A stretch of DNA of 64,000 nt from Basidiobolus meristosporus CBS 931.73. Its lineage: Eukaryota > Fungi > Basidiobolomycota. The notes beneath the pieces were generated by a model, which made no database searches, had not been told where the DNA came from, and was given only the letters and a program-made list of their open reading frames with translations. Positions 39,298-52,400 of this stretch are shown here, in pieces (the stretch's first letter is position 1; the number at the start of each line of letters is the position of its first letter). A program made the position numbers and the translations under genes. Location of the stretch: contig MCFE01000195.1 of assembly GCA_002104905.1 (NCBI GenBank), forward strand, positions 62,001 through 126,000, given 5' to 3'.

Positions 39298-39950
39298 GGA
39301 GGCATGCACAAGTAACTGCAGTTCTTGCCAATTAACACTGCAAGCCAGGAACAGACAGAATCCCATCATAGCCAAGAAGAATTACCAACAAGAAAACAAC
39401 TGCATTCACAAGAGTTGGAAGCACACCCAGTTGAGCTACACTCCAGCAAGGTAGATGAGTTTGCTGAAAAAGGCAATTTGTCTACCACAGCCTCCATTGT
39501 TGACAGAGTGGAGATCCCACTGATGGACAAGGCTACAACATCAAGAGCTTGAAAGACTATCACAATGCCTTCAGTGAAGTTTTGGAACATTAATAAGCAC
39601 ACCAAGAGGTTGCAGCACTTCTTCAAGAGCAGTGCTCAAGAAAATGCACTGGAATATTGCAATGATTTATTGCAAAGACTGGCAGATGAGGAGCTAGACC
39701 TTGCAGTGCTAGCTGAAGACCAAGATGTGTGGGAATCAGTGAATGAGCAGTGGCATAAAGCCATTGGGTTCCTGCCAAAGTTGTGGAACCAGAGCATTAC
39801 AGCAGAAATACTTATTGAGTGGTGGATTTTATTGGAGTTACTTGTTGAGTGTGGGGTTGGGCTTAATGTTAGTGTAGGGTATAGGGACTTGTATAGGTTG
39901 ATACAATTGGCATTGAGATACATCTGAAGTTTCAACAGTAATAAAGCAAT
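39298..39950 (+). pseudogene. Distal part of ORF R (T4) and start of segment X
   Basis: ORFs 39325-39552 and 39565-39927 are homologous to 24130-24590 and 52360-52850. Confidence 0.75.
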
Positions 39951-40440
39951 TTGCCTCTTGTATATTATCCCACTCTTCATTATTGCACTCAACAGCTTCA
40001 CAGATCTTCAATGTCTTTTGATTTTTAGGATTTGGTATAAACACCACATTGTCTCCCTCCCACACTGTGATAGGTTTTTCTGTGGGCTTCATCTTTGGGC
40101 ACTGTTGTTGTGCTTCAAAGACTGTATGGTGTTCCTCTGCTGTTGCATTGGGAAATGGCTCAATTCTTAGCTGTGAAAATCAGCTACTTGAGTTCCTTCT
40201 TTGCAGCAAAAATACTGCTTTCTCTAACAGGGATATTGTTTGCTCTACACATTTTATCCGCTCATCCTGTTTCTGGACTATGTCTGATTTCCCTGGGCCG
40301 TTGCATCTATCTTATCAGCCACTGCACCAAATTGCTTCATTGATGCTTTAGTATTAGCTGACAACATACTTACTAATTTGGGTGGTGGTGATATTATGAG
40401 AACCACTTGCTGGTCTTCTATTGAGGGTCCAGCAATTGCA
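39950..40440 (-). pseudogene. Inverted N-terminal fragment of ORF R (copy T5)
   Basis: Reverse complement resembles 37050-37530 (KPTEKPITVWEGDNVVFIP). Confidence 0.8.
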
Positions 40441-40893
40441 ATATATGGCCTCCTGGACCATTGCAGTATACTGCAAAGAGTTCTGGCCATCCTCCTGGAT
40501 TGATTGTATCAGGAGGACTTTACCCAATTTGCAGGTGCACAGTATATGACAGATGGTGAAGTGGTGCAATCAGCAAATTTGCTTATCTATAATATCTCAA
40601 GTATTAAACAGCTCCATGTGCCTGTCAATGGCTTGTAGCTTGTTCACTATATTGCAGCTGGATACTGACTACTACACATTATCTCCATGGAAATATAACT
40701 GACTTATTGAAGGTGTTTTATTGATCACTAAGTAAGTTACAGAGTACCTGCTGTGGGTTTCACACACTCATCACTATGTCATCCATATTACTCAGAAAAG
40801 CTACCATATTGCTGATTGCTGGGGTATATCTATTGTAGAAAACCAAAGTGGCTTTGATAAGGTATCCACATACTAGCTTGCACTAAATGGTGT

Positions 40894-41251
40894 TGTTGAA
40901 ATATCAGAGAGATATACCAAAAGTGAAATGGAGAATTGGAAGATTTACATGATATTCACTAGTTTATTTATAGAGTTGCCACATACTTTGTATACTTACA
41001 TCAGAACTACATACATGTAACTACTTGCTCATTATTAGGGGAATCTCAGGAATACATGTATCAAGTTTCAGCTCATGTGGGGATGTTTCAAATATTTCCA
41101 AAGGCTTGTACTTCACTGATTTCTAATAGTTAGCAAATCTCTTACAAACTAATTTTAGGTTAATATTCTGAAATATGTCATGTAACTAAGTGCTGGATCA
41201 TTATATATTAATGATTAGGCAGATTCCTAACTATTTCAACACTCCCACTCA
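40894..41251 (-). repeat. Copia-type 3' LTR (family E) with PPT
   Basis: TGTTGAAATATC...TATTTCAACA (40894-41241) followed by CTCCCACTCA, the exact complement of the A/B PPT. Similar to 48776-49103. Confidence 0.7.
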
Positions 41252-42895
41252 CATAATATATTCATATACTTATGAACTTGCTGTGATGTTATGTATCTCC
41301 AGTTGAAATTAATCCTTCAAGTAGCCATTTAACCTATTGGACTAATGTATTCTCCAATATATGTTAGGGACTGCATATTATCTGTAATAACTAAGTGTAA
41401 ACCTTTGCTATTAATTTCATGCTTCAGATCAAATTATTTGAGTCTGAATTCTGAACTCATCACAAAATATCTGTGAATGAGAACCATCCACGTAACTGGG
41501 GCAAAATCTTGAGATGCAAACTGTATCTTATCATACCTCCAACCATTAGGTAGCTGCATTATCCGGCTTTCTGCTGCTGCTTATTTGAGTGTAATTGGTC
41601 TGTAACTGGCAAATTTATGATGGAGCTAGTTCCCAAAAGATCTAGATTGTCCACAGTTCCTGTGTATTGTCAAATTCACTTAGAATATTCTCTGTATATG
41701 TATAGCTGCATCTCAACAATAACCTTTCATTTATTTTCCATATATCTTCTGCTAGGACCAATAACTGGTCAGCATTATAGTAGCCTTAATTGTCACCAGT
41801 TGATCTAATGTTTCCTCTTCTGGACTAGTGCTTTCAATGGTACTTAAGCTAGGTTTCCTGCACCCCTACTGTGGGATATTGTACTTCCACTGAAGCTATG
41901 ACTTCTTGTGCTTCCTGCCTTCTAAAATTGACTAAGATAGATCATATTTATATCCTTCTGATCTAGGCACACCTTTTTTGGACTGATTATTCTGTTACAT
42001 ACACAGATCTTCCATCTGCATCTTGATAGGCTTGATTTGGTATTACCTTGTACTGCAGTCTGATTGGTAGCTATTTGCAGATGCTTCATCCTAAACACAA
42101 TTGATTTGTTGTACTACACACCATTGCACTCAAACCATACAACTGGATCTGGCACTTTTCAATTGCAAAAATCTAAAATAACAGCCCTGATTTGCACCAT
42201 TACCTTTAATAGAGTATTCCAGCATAGAGCATAGTTGACAGCACAAATAGACAAGCTCATGATTTTCTACACCTATTATATCCCTTAGGTTGGATCTCAG
42301 TACCACTTCTCTAGCTCTAACTGCAAGGGATTTGACTTTATTGTACACCATAAGATTTATGTTACCTATGAGCTTGTAGTTTCTCATGTACTTTTCTGCT
42401 GCTTTTCCAAGCATCAATACTCCATTATCCTTGTGTGGTATGATTGCTGGATAATATCTAGTGTGTGGGATAGTCACAATTTGGCTTAGGTATCTCCCAA
42501 CTCCATGAAGAAACTGGCAACTTATTTGCAGTAGGTTTTTGTTTCATATCTGGTCTTGAAGATACTTGTTGCTAGATTTTCCTTTTTGATCAAGTTCTGG
42601 ATCATGCAGGTAGCATATGCATGGCTTGTCAGATTCCCTAGAGTTCTTGTGAACCTCCTGTCTGAAGAGCACTTCTAGTCTAAGATGTTTCATCCAAATT
42701 GGTCATCCACTTAGATCTGAAATAACTTTTCACAGGCTTGAACAAATTTGATCAAATAAACTTCCTTAAAAGCAGTTTCTCTCAGCATCCTGATAGCAGA
42801 TATCACTTACTACAGTGTGGCTGTAGCTGTGAGCTGCAAGTAAATTAATCTGCATATAATAGCAAGATTATATTTCATCCATGTTAATCTACATG

Positions 42896-45800
42896 TGTTA
42901 CAAGTCTTGGTATAAGAGTTGTAGAGGAATAGGGAGTTTAGCTAGTATTGTATTCACTAAAACTTGAACTGATTTTTATTGAGGTTCCAGCAGCTCCTTA
43001 TATACATTTTGCCAGATCAATTGCTGACTAATTGTATTTCCTAATGTAGGTTGTGGCTGATGACTCATTTGATTGCATCATCATCACCCAATAAGATCCT
43101 ACTTAATATATCTATTTCTGTCTGATAAGGATCTGCTGATTCATTTGCTGACTAATGCTACTGATTTCATAGATAATACTGATGTACTGATAACCTAAAC
43201 ATATACTAACTGATTTGACTAAAAACTGATCTAACTTAAACATTCAAGCGGCAGATCATAACATTCTCCCCTACTAAAGTTGAGAGGGTTCTCCTGAATC
43301 TCTTTTCTTCTGATACCAATATCTTGATGGTTCAGTATTATCAGCAAGTCTTGCAAGCTTGAGTCTGTCCCTATGCACTAAGTCTTCCCGGATATTGCCT
43401 TGTTTGTCCACCAGTTGGTAAGTTGCAAATGGACATTCTCTGATGATCTTGAATGGTCCTGTCCATTGTGGCTCAAACTTCTTCCGAGTGTTGTTTCTTA
43501 GCAATACAAAGTTCCCAACTGTCAATGCTTCTGGTGCTATAGTCTTATCAAATCTCTGCTTCATCTTTTCTGCACTTTGAGATACTTTGGTCTGTGCCTC
43601 TTGACGTCTTTGTTCCAGTTGCTGGTGTCTACTTGGCTGACTGAGTTCATCTTCTAAGGTGTCTGTAAGCTTTGGTTGTGTGAGATCTCCTGGAATCCTT
43701 GGTTCACATCCATAAACTAAGTAAAATGGTGATTGCTGGGTGGTGTTGTGTACTCTGACTCTGCATGCAAAGAGTGCTTGGTCTATATACTCATCCCATC
43801 TACTGACAACTCCATTTGCATACTTGGTCAGCATTTTTCCAAATAATCCATTAAACCGCTCAGTGACTCCATTAGTTCTGGGGTGATATGCCGAGGTTTT
43901 CAAGTGTCTGATCTGCTGCATTTCCAGGTAAGCCTCTAATGTCTTTGCCATAAAGTTTGCACCTCTATCGGATAAGATCTCCACAGGGCATCCAAACTTC
44001 ATCAGGATCTCATGGTAAATGAAACTTGCAACTTCTTGTTCACTGGCTATTGGTACAGCTTTAGCAACTGGCCATTTAGTGGCATGGTCAATTGCTACTA
44101 GGATCCAACGGTTGCATTTCCTGGTAGTTGGCAGTCTTCCAATAAAGTCAATTCCCCATCTCTCAAATGGTCTTACAGGCTCCAAAGGGAAGAGTTCGGC
44201 AATTCTTTGTGGCTGGCCTTGATTGATTTGGCAGTTTGGGCATGTTTTTACTAGCTTCTCAATGTCTTGTTTCATTCTGGGCCACCATGCTCTGGCTTTT
44301 ACAAGGCTATAGGTTCCTTCAATCCCAAGATGTCCATATCCATTGTGTAGCTTATGTATTAAATCCAGGCGAGCAACATAAGGACAATAGGCAATAGGGC
44401 TTCCATCAACAATTCGGTAGAGTGTTTCATTCTGTACAACAAATTTGCTGGCCTCATCACGGATTATCTTCTTGATATCTTCATCCACCTCATTAGGAAT
44501 GGCTTGGTCCTCCAAGTACTTTGGTAATAGGCTAGGCCAATCTGATTCATGCACCAAGTTGAGTTGTGCAACTTGATCTAATCTTGATAAGGCATCAGCA
44601 ACCGTGTTGTTTTTTCCAGGACAGTAGACAATCTCCAGGTCAAATTGTTGAATGTATTCACTCCATCTTGTCATTCTTCTAGAGAGTACCTTCTGAGTAA
44701 ATATATACTTGAGGGAGGCATGATCAGTCTTCACAGTGCATTTGACTCCTTCAATATAGCATCTCCATGTCTTCAAACAGTGTATTATAGCAAGCATCTC
44801 CTTCTCATGAACTGGATAGTTTTGTTCTGCTGAGTTCAGTTTCTTGGATTCAAAGGCAACAGGGTAGTCCTTTCCCTCGTGTTCTTGGCTCAGCACTCCA
44901 CCAATTGCATAATCTGAAGCATCTGTGCACAGAGTGAACTCTTTTCTGAAGTCTGGTATTCTTAAGCTTGGCAGCTTAGCAAGTTCATTCTTTAGTGTCT
45001 GGAAGGCAGTCTCACAAGCTATGTCCCACTTGTAGGTATTGTCTTTCTTGAGGATATCAGTTAAAGGGGCTGCAATACTTGCAAATGACTTGACAAATCT
45101 CCGATAATAGGAAACCATTCCAAGGAAGGATCTGAGTTCTGATATGCTATGGGGCTGCTTCAAATTCTTGATTACTTCCACCTTCTTGGGGTCTAAGGTT
45201 ACTCCTGTGCTAGTCACTATGTGTCCCAGATATTCTACGTGTTCTTTGAAGAATTCACACTTGGCTAGCTTGCCGTATAGCTTGTTCTCTCTTAGTTTCT
45301 TCAAGACCTTTTCAATGTGCACCATGTGATCCTTTTCTGTCTTGCTGTATATCAATATGTCATCCAGGTAGATTATCACAAACTTGTCTAAGTACTCCTG
45401 AAAGACAGTCTGCATCAGCGTCATGAATGTTGCAGGGGCATTAGTGAGGCCAAAACTCATGACTAAGTACTCGTAATGTCCATATCTGGTCCTGAATGCT
45501 GTCTTAGGGATATCTTCTGGTTTCACCCTAATCTGGTTGTATCCTGACATGAGGTCGATCTTGCTGAAAATAGTGGCTCCATTAAGTTGGTCCAAAAGCT
45601 CATCAATCCGAGGTATGGGGTACTTATTCTTGACGGTAACTGAGTTCAGGGCTCTGTAGTAATGCACATCCTAAGTGTTCCATCCTTCTTTTTCACAAAA
45701 AGCACTGGTGCTCCCCAGGGTGACTTGCTGGGCCTGATGTATCCTTGCTCCAATAGCTGATCAATTTGTCTCTTCATTTCCTCCAATTCCAATGGACTCA

Positions 45801-47833
45801 TTCTGTAAGGTGTCTTGCTTACTGGAGGGCTATCTCCTGTGTCAATGGCATGATCCACGTCTCTGACTGGTGGTAGGCTTACAAGCTCATCTGGAAACAC
45901 ATCTGAGTATTTCTTCAAGAGAGTCTGGACCTGCTGGGGTGCTGGGGTAGAGAAATCCTCCTGTAATACCGCCATGAGGAACATCTCGGTACCTTTTCTA
46001 AGTGCTCTACAGAACTGGGTCTTGCTAAGTTCACTTGTCTCACACACACTGGAATTGACCAAGTTGAAATCCAGCCTGGCAGGTAATAGCTCATAGGTCT
46101 TGTTGTCTTTTTGGATCTGAGTAGCATGGGTTCTCCAGTTGATTGATGGATTACGACAAAATAGCCAGGTTTTCCCAAGTACAAGGTCAAACTTGCAGTT
46201 CCCAAATATATAAGCCTGTAGGTCTTCTTCATAGTCATTGATCTTCATTCTTACTGGCTGGGTAATACGGTTGATTATGTGGGAGTTCCCATCAGCTGTG
46301 GAGACTGAAGTTGATTTGGTAGGTTCCGAGTTGATTCCAGCTTTCAAAGCAAATTGCTCTGACATGTACTCATGCGATGCTCCTGAGTCAATCATGATCT
46401 TGGCAGGTACTCCATTGATTGCTCCATTCAGGTACAATAACTTCCCTGAGTTTGAAGTCATTTGGGACAAGTACTCTTCTGTCATATGGAAGGTGAGTTC
46501 CAAGTCTTCTTCAAGCTCATCTTCCTCATTATTGTGTTCATGGGACTCAATATGGTTGAAGGTTCTTGTTGGCTGGTGTCCATTTCTTCTCTGAGGGCAG
46601 TACTTTGCAATATGTCCCTGCTGGTGGCAATTGAAGCAAAGTCCTCTCTTCTTGCATTCTTCTGAGGAGGGGTTCTTCTGCATAGCGTCTATTTCCATTG
46701 GTACTGCTTCTGATTGTCTTCTTTCATAATGATTATAGCCTTTCTGACTAGTCACTGTAGGCTTCCCAACTCCAAACATAGCTGAGTCATAGTCAATGGC
46801 AATCTTGATGGCTTCTTCAATAGTCTGAGGTCTTCGGTAATTGACTTCCTTGCGAGTTCTTTCTTTCAACCCATCAATAAAGTATTCAACTTGATCCAAG
46901 GGGTCCATTCTTTCAATTTGTCCAAGTAGACATCTGTACTCATAGATGTATTCTTGCACCATTCCTTTCTGTCTGAGTGTCTTTAACTTCCTTCTTAGTA
47001 GTGTCTGCTGGTGTGGAGGTTCAAAAGCATCCTGAATTTCCGACACAAACTCATCCCAGGTAGAGATTGTAGAGCATCCCATCATAGTAGCTGACCTGAT
47101 CTTGTTGTGGTACCACTGTAAAGCTGCATCTGCCAGGTAAGAAGCTGCATAATGCAACTTGCTCTCTGGAGCAATTCCTTTAGCTTTAAAAGCTTCTTCA
47201 ATCTGAAAGAGCCAAGTTCCCAGGTTTTCATTGACTCTGCCATGGTACCGGTTGACCTTCACACTAAAGTTGCTCTTGACAGGGCTTTGCTGGCTCTGAG
47301 CCATGGTAGTCATTCCTTGTTGCTGTTGGCTGAGGATCTGGAGTAGCTGTTGCTGTTGGGCCAGGATTTGCTGCATGGCATTTTTCCATTCTTGATTGTC
47401 CGACATCTCGAGGGTGGTTTCTTCTTTTCTTCAGGAGGGAGGTTTCTGGTTATCGCTGCTACCAATGTTACAAGTCTTGGTATAAGAGTTGTAGAGGAAT
47501 AGGGAGTTTAGCTAGTATTGTATTCACTAAAACTTGAACTGATTTTTATTGAGGTTCCAGCAGCTCCTTATATACATTTTGCCAGATCAATTGCTGACTA
47601 ATTGTATTTCCTAATGTAGGTTGTGGCTGATGACTCATTTGATTGCATCATCATCACCCAATAAGATCCTACTTAATATATCTATTTCTGTCTGATAAGG
47701 ATCTGCTGATTCATTTGCTGACTAATGCTACTGATTTCATAGATAATACTGATGTACTGATAACCTAAACATATACTAACTGATTTGACTAAAAACTGAT
47801 CTAACTTAAACATTCAAGCGGCAGATCATAACA
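42896..47833 (-). mobile_element. Young Ty3/gypsy G2, near-identical to G1
   Basis: LTRs 42896-43263 and 47466-47833, TSD CATG, same 4938-bp length as G1. Confidence 0.98.
43274..47406 (-). pseudogene. gag-pol: G2 gag-pol split by a 1-bp deletion at the start of RT
   Basis: G1 CTGTAGTCAATGC versus G2 CTGTAGTAATGC at 45660/45661, giving ORFs 45646-47406 and 43274-45667. Confidence 0.9.
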
Positions 47834-48762
47834 CATGATTGGCAATCACCAAGTGCCTACTGATATGTGTACTAGTATAGGGCTACCAGTCCGTTCCTCA
47901 AATGAATCTCATATATTCTTCACAGCATATATAGAGTTTACTTGCATGTATATTTTTGGACTTCCATTGGCACTTTACTTGATGATTATATAAATTTCAT
48001 GTTCATATATTATAGATTTATCTCCTCCCACTGCTTCTAATACTTGATGTAGACATGAAGCTTGTCTACTAAGTGTCTCACAGAGCCTCATAATTATTGG
48101 TGCTAGAAGGAGTACTACTTTTGTATCATGTGTACCACCCCAAAGTTGGCAAGTCTGAGATCCCTATTCTTCAGCCACATATATTTGTATTATACATCAT
48201 TGGATCCTCAGGATATAATCAAGCTAATTGATGTATCTATCTGCATATTCAGTCTCAAACTAGGGTGGCAGGTGGCTCCAAAGTGCTTGCACATCATTGT
48301 TATTTCATGTGGCTACAAACCCATGTAAGCTCACTGTAGGGGTTCAGGTACTTGATTGACCAAAGTAGTCTAATCCACACCCAGGTATATGTGGATCCTC
48401 AGCATAGCTCCTTTATGTAATGACATATCAAGATCATAGCATTGATACATATATGGTGTAGTATGCTCCTTGTTGATCTGAACTCCTTGCTGGGATTATG
48501 AGTTTTCTCAAAGTTTCATCCTTCTGCACATTGGATAATTTGAAATTTGTCCAACATGATCTCATTAACATATGAGCTCTTTCTTCTCTCTGTGTCTTCT
48601 TTAAAGGCATATGCCTTTCTCTCCATAGCAGTATATCCTACTCAGCAGCTCTTACAATAGCATTACTTTATGTCCTTTGTATTTCAAGTAAACAAGGCAG
48701 TCTTTCTCCAGAATAAAGATATAGTACTAAAGAAAAGTATGCACGTAAGAAATAGCAAGCTT

Positions 48763-49103
48763 GGGGCTCATAACCTGTGGAAATATTAGACAGATGTATT
48801 AGAAGTGAAATGGAAAATAAGAAGACACCTATAATATTAATTGGTTAATTTATTGATTTGCAACATAATACTTATACTTGTTGCAAGACTACATACAGTT
48901 AGCTTTTTGCTTGTTATTGGGAGAGTGTTGGGTGTACATGTGCCTAGTTTCAGACATTGCTAAAAGTCTGCGCATAACTAATTTCCAACAATTAGCAAAT
49001 ATCTTACAAGCTAATTCTAGGTTCATATTCCAAAATATGTCATTAAACTAAATGCTAATTCATAGTACATCAATAATTAGGTGGACTTCTAATTATTTCA
49101 ACA
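48763..49103 (-). repeat. Copia-type 5' LTR (family E) with PBS
   Basis: LTR 48776-49103 and PBS GGTTATGAGCCCC (48763-48775 on -). Confidence 0.75.
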
Positions 49104-49107
49104 AATA

Positions 49108-49468
49108 TGCCATGATATGCCACTTGAATGCTTAGATCAGATCAGTTTCTGGTCAATTAAATTTAAGCTTAGTCTATCATATGTAGTGTTAACTTTCAAG
49201 GCATTAGCATTTTTCAGCAAATGAGTCAGCAGATTTTATCAAACAGAAGTAGATTCAATGAGTAGTATCTGATTGGGTGATGATGATGCAGTCAAATGAG
49301 TCATCAGCTGCTACTTACATTAGGAAATATACTTAGCCAGCACTTGATCTTGCCAAATGTATATGGCAGCTGCAAGTGCCTCAATGAAGCGTGGCTCAAG
49401 TTTCAGCCAATGCAGCACTTGAATAACTCCCTTTTCTTCTACAGCCCTGATATTCAACACTTGAAACA
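49108..49468 (+). repeat. Old, diverged solo LTR of the G1 family
   Basis: Shares GATTGGGTGATGATGATGCA and CAAATGAGTCATCAGC with the G1 LTR complement. Flanks no longer match. Confidence 0.75.
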
Positions 49469-49469
49469 A

Positions 49470-52400
49470 GCAGATCAATCTATACAGTATTGAAATCAGA
49501 TAGCTTTCCAGATAGGACAGCAATTCTGCCTAAATACAAGGGAGACAGTGATCAGAGTTCTACTTTGAAGCCAATGGATTGGTGGCATTTTCAGTTTGAT
49601 GACAATACTTGACCACTAGAATTTGCTGTTGTGATACTTGTATAGTGATAGCCCACAAATGCTAGGGCAAAGGCATGACCCTACATACCTCCAAAGTAAC
49701 CCCTGCTTACTAGGTATTTTCAATATTTGCCATCAATTATCTTGGATATTCCTGTGTTGGATTGACAGTGTGTGGTACTTTACAGCTTCACAATGTTTCC
49801 TGGACTGCATGAGCGTCATTTACAGGGGCAATACTGGAATATACCACAAATATAGACTATGCATGGCTCCAATGGTGGTGAATTCCTGACAAGTTGAGCT
49901 TATTACAATGTTAACATTTTTTGATGTCAATGCCATGATACTAGCAATGCATGCTCTTATTGCAACAGTCTTTGGGTCTTAAGTGGCCAGCCGCATGATA
50001 AAAGTTCTTTTGTTTGGTATGGATTGTAAGGAACCTCCTGAAGTAATCTTGTCTAGAAAAAGCAGTAGTTCTTTGAAGCCTCACTGCTGGAATTGATGGC
50101 AACATACCACTTATTTGGTGAACTTGGCATATCTTTCAGCAGTTTAAGGATTACTGGGCTTACTTGGCACCATAAAGTATCCTTGGCATTTTTCCCATTG
50201 TTGCTTCCTCATCATATAATACAATCTTGCTAATCTCATGCAATCTGCTAATATTTTGAGAGATAGGCTCTAGATCCTTCAGTGAGCTATCTTTTTGGGG
50301 GCTACTGATATGTGTGCCGTATTGGAAATACCAAACTGTATCAGAAGGCTTTGTCTATGCTTCTTACTTCATTTGTATAAGATAGTAAGTGTGACTAGGT
50401 GCAGTATAAGCAACATCAATTTGTCAGAAGTTCTAATATGGGTATGTTGATGACTGAGCAGTGCTTAAATATTACTAGATGAGCAAATCAACAGCCATGA
50501 TCTTTAAAGTAATTCCTGTTCTCTCTGCATGCCTATAACTGAAAGGCTTGTTACAGTCACCAACTAATCTTTTTCACTTCTTAAGCAGTGAGCAAAGTAG
50601 TTGGATCCATGAGGCACACAGCTTAGTATATAGTAATGAAACACTATTATATCACCTTCTGTCATCATTTGTGCAAGGAAAAGACTGAGTTGTTAATAAT
50701 GCACTGGGCCTGTATGAGCTTAAGATCAAGCGTTGTCTTACCATGGTAAGTATGATGGATTCAGCTGAGGAATCCTGTGCACTTGTGATTTTGGCACTAC
50801 ATTTCATTTAGTTTGGCACACTTCTGTATATATGACACAAGTATGTAGAGTCAAGCTATCTGAAATCAACCAGCGGCATGATGATTATCCATTTATGCCT
50901 TCTGCTTCGCTAGTTGCAACCCAGAATGATTTGGAGCAAAGCACCAGCAAATCTTCATAGCCCCCATTATTGCTATTGGTGCAAGTATGCAATGGCTTTG
51001 GCCCCATCTTTGCATTACTTACAAGTCAGTGGAATACTGGGCTTGCTTAGTCCCATTAAGTATATTTGGAAGTTTTGCCATGTCTGTTGTTGCATTGCAT
51101 TTTGGGATTTTGATTAGTCCTCTGCCAGTTCTCTCAAGTTCATACCAGCAGTGCTGCAAGCTGACCATATTGCTGAGGAAGATAAGAATGTAGCAAAAGC
51201 AGTACCTTCAGCTGAAGACCAGAAAGGGGCTGTCCTAACATCACCACCACCTCTATTAGCATGCATGTTATTAGCTCATACCAAAAAATCCCAGATGTAA
51301 CTAGGTGTTTTGACTGAAAGGATAGATGCCATGGTCCAGAGAAATCAGTAAATAGTCCAGAAACAGAATGAGCAGATAAAAGTTGTAGAGCAATCAATAT
51401 CCTAGGTAGAAAAAGCAGTATCTTTGCTTCAAAGAAGGAACTCAAGTAGTTCAGTGTCATGATCAAGAATTGAGCCATTTCCCATTGTAGCAGCAGAGGA
51501 ACACTGTGCAGTCTTTGAAGCACAACAACAGTGCCCAAAGATAAAGCCCACAGTAACACCTATCACAGCATAGGAAGGAGACAATGTAGCATTTATATCA
51601 AGGCCTAAACATCAAAAGACATTGAAGATCTTTGAAGCCATTGAGTGCAATGTTGAAGTGTGGGCTAGTACTCAATAGACTGTTGGAAGTCTAGCATGCC
51701 AACACCTTAAGGCCTGCACACCATGGGACCATCAGGAACTCAAGGCCAAGCAGAATGCACCTGACTTGTTCCATGAGCATCATCCAGCATTCAAACAAGC
51801 TAACAGATTATGGGCCTGCATTGGTATGCTAAGAAAGTATCTCAATAATAGCAGAAGCTATCATAGGCAGAAGAACATGGGTGCAATAATGAAATAACAG
51901 TGGCTTCCTCAAGAGCCTGTTACAAGCATGGTCAACAGCTCCAAGCAGGCATCAAAGATGCCTCAGATAGCTGGAAGAGTGACAATTAGGGATAATCAGC
52001 TAGACACAGATGCACCAGCACAACATTTGCCAAGGAAAAGTGTATTTCTACTCAAGAAACACTCAGTCAAAGTTGCAATGAAGGACCTGGCAGTGATAAA
52101 ACAAGAGGCTACCTCAGAAGCAAGTCTTAGCATGGGCTAAGGGCCTGAAACAAGCAGGAAGGAATTGTCAGGTTACCTGCAGAGTGAGCAAGGGACAAGC
52201 AGGCCAAAACAGATACATCAGAGCAGCATTTATCAGGCAGAGTGCATAGTTGAATACAAGAAGCATGCAGACAAAGTAGTAGTGAAAGGCCTGGCAGTGA
52301 TAATGGAAAAGGTAAAGGGGAAAAAGTCTACCCAAGCCAGAGACAGGGAAGCATGAAAAAAAAGCTGCAGTTCTTCACAATTATTGCTGTAAGCCTAGAA

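Noticed and set aside
41252-42895. env-like gene upstream of the PPT
   Set aside because: The position fits, but I see no transmembrane segment, fusion peptide or cleavage motif. Kept only as unidentified cargo.
45646-45667. Programmed ribosomal frameshift in G2
   Set aside because: G1 is continuous here and G2 simply lacks one C within RT. This is a mutation or a sequencing error.
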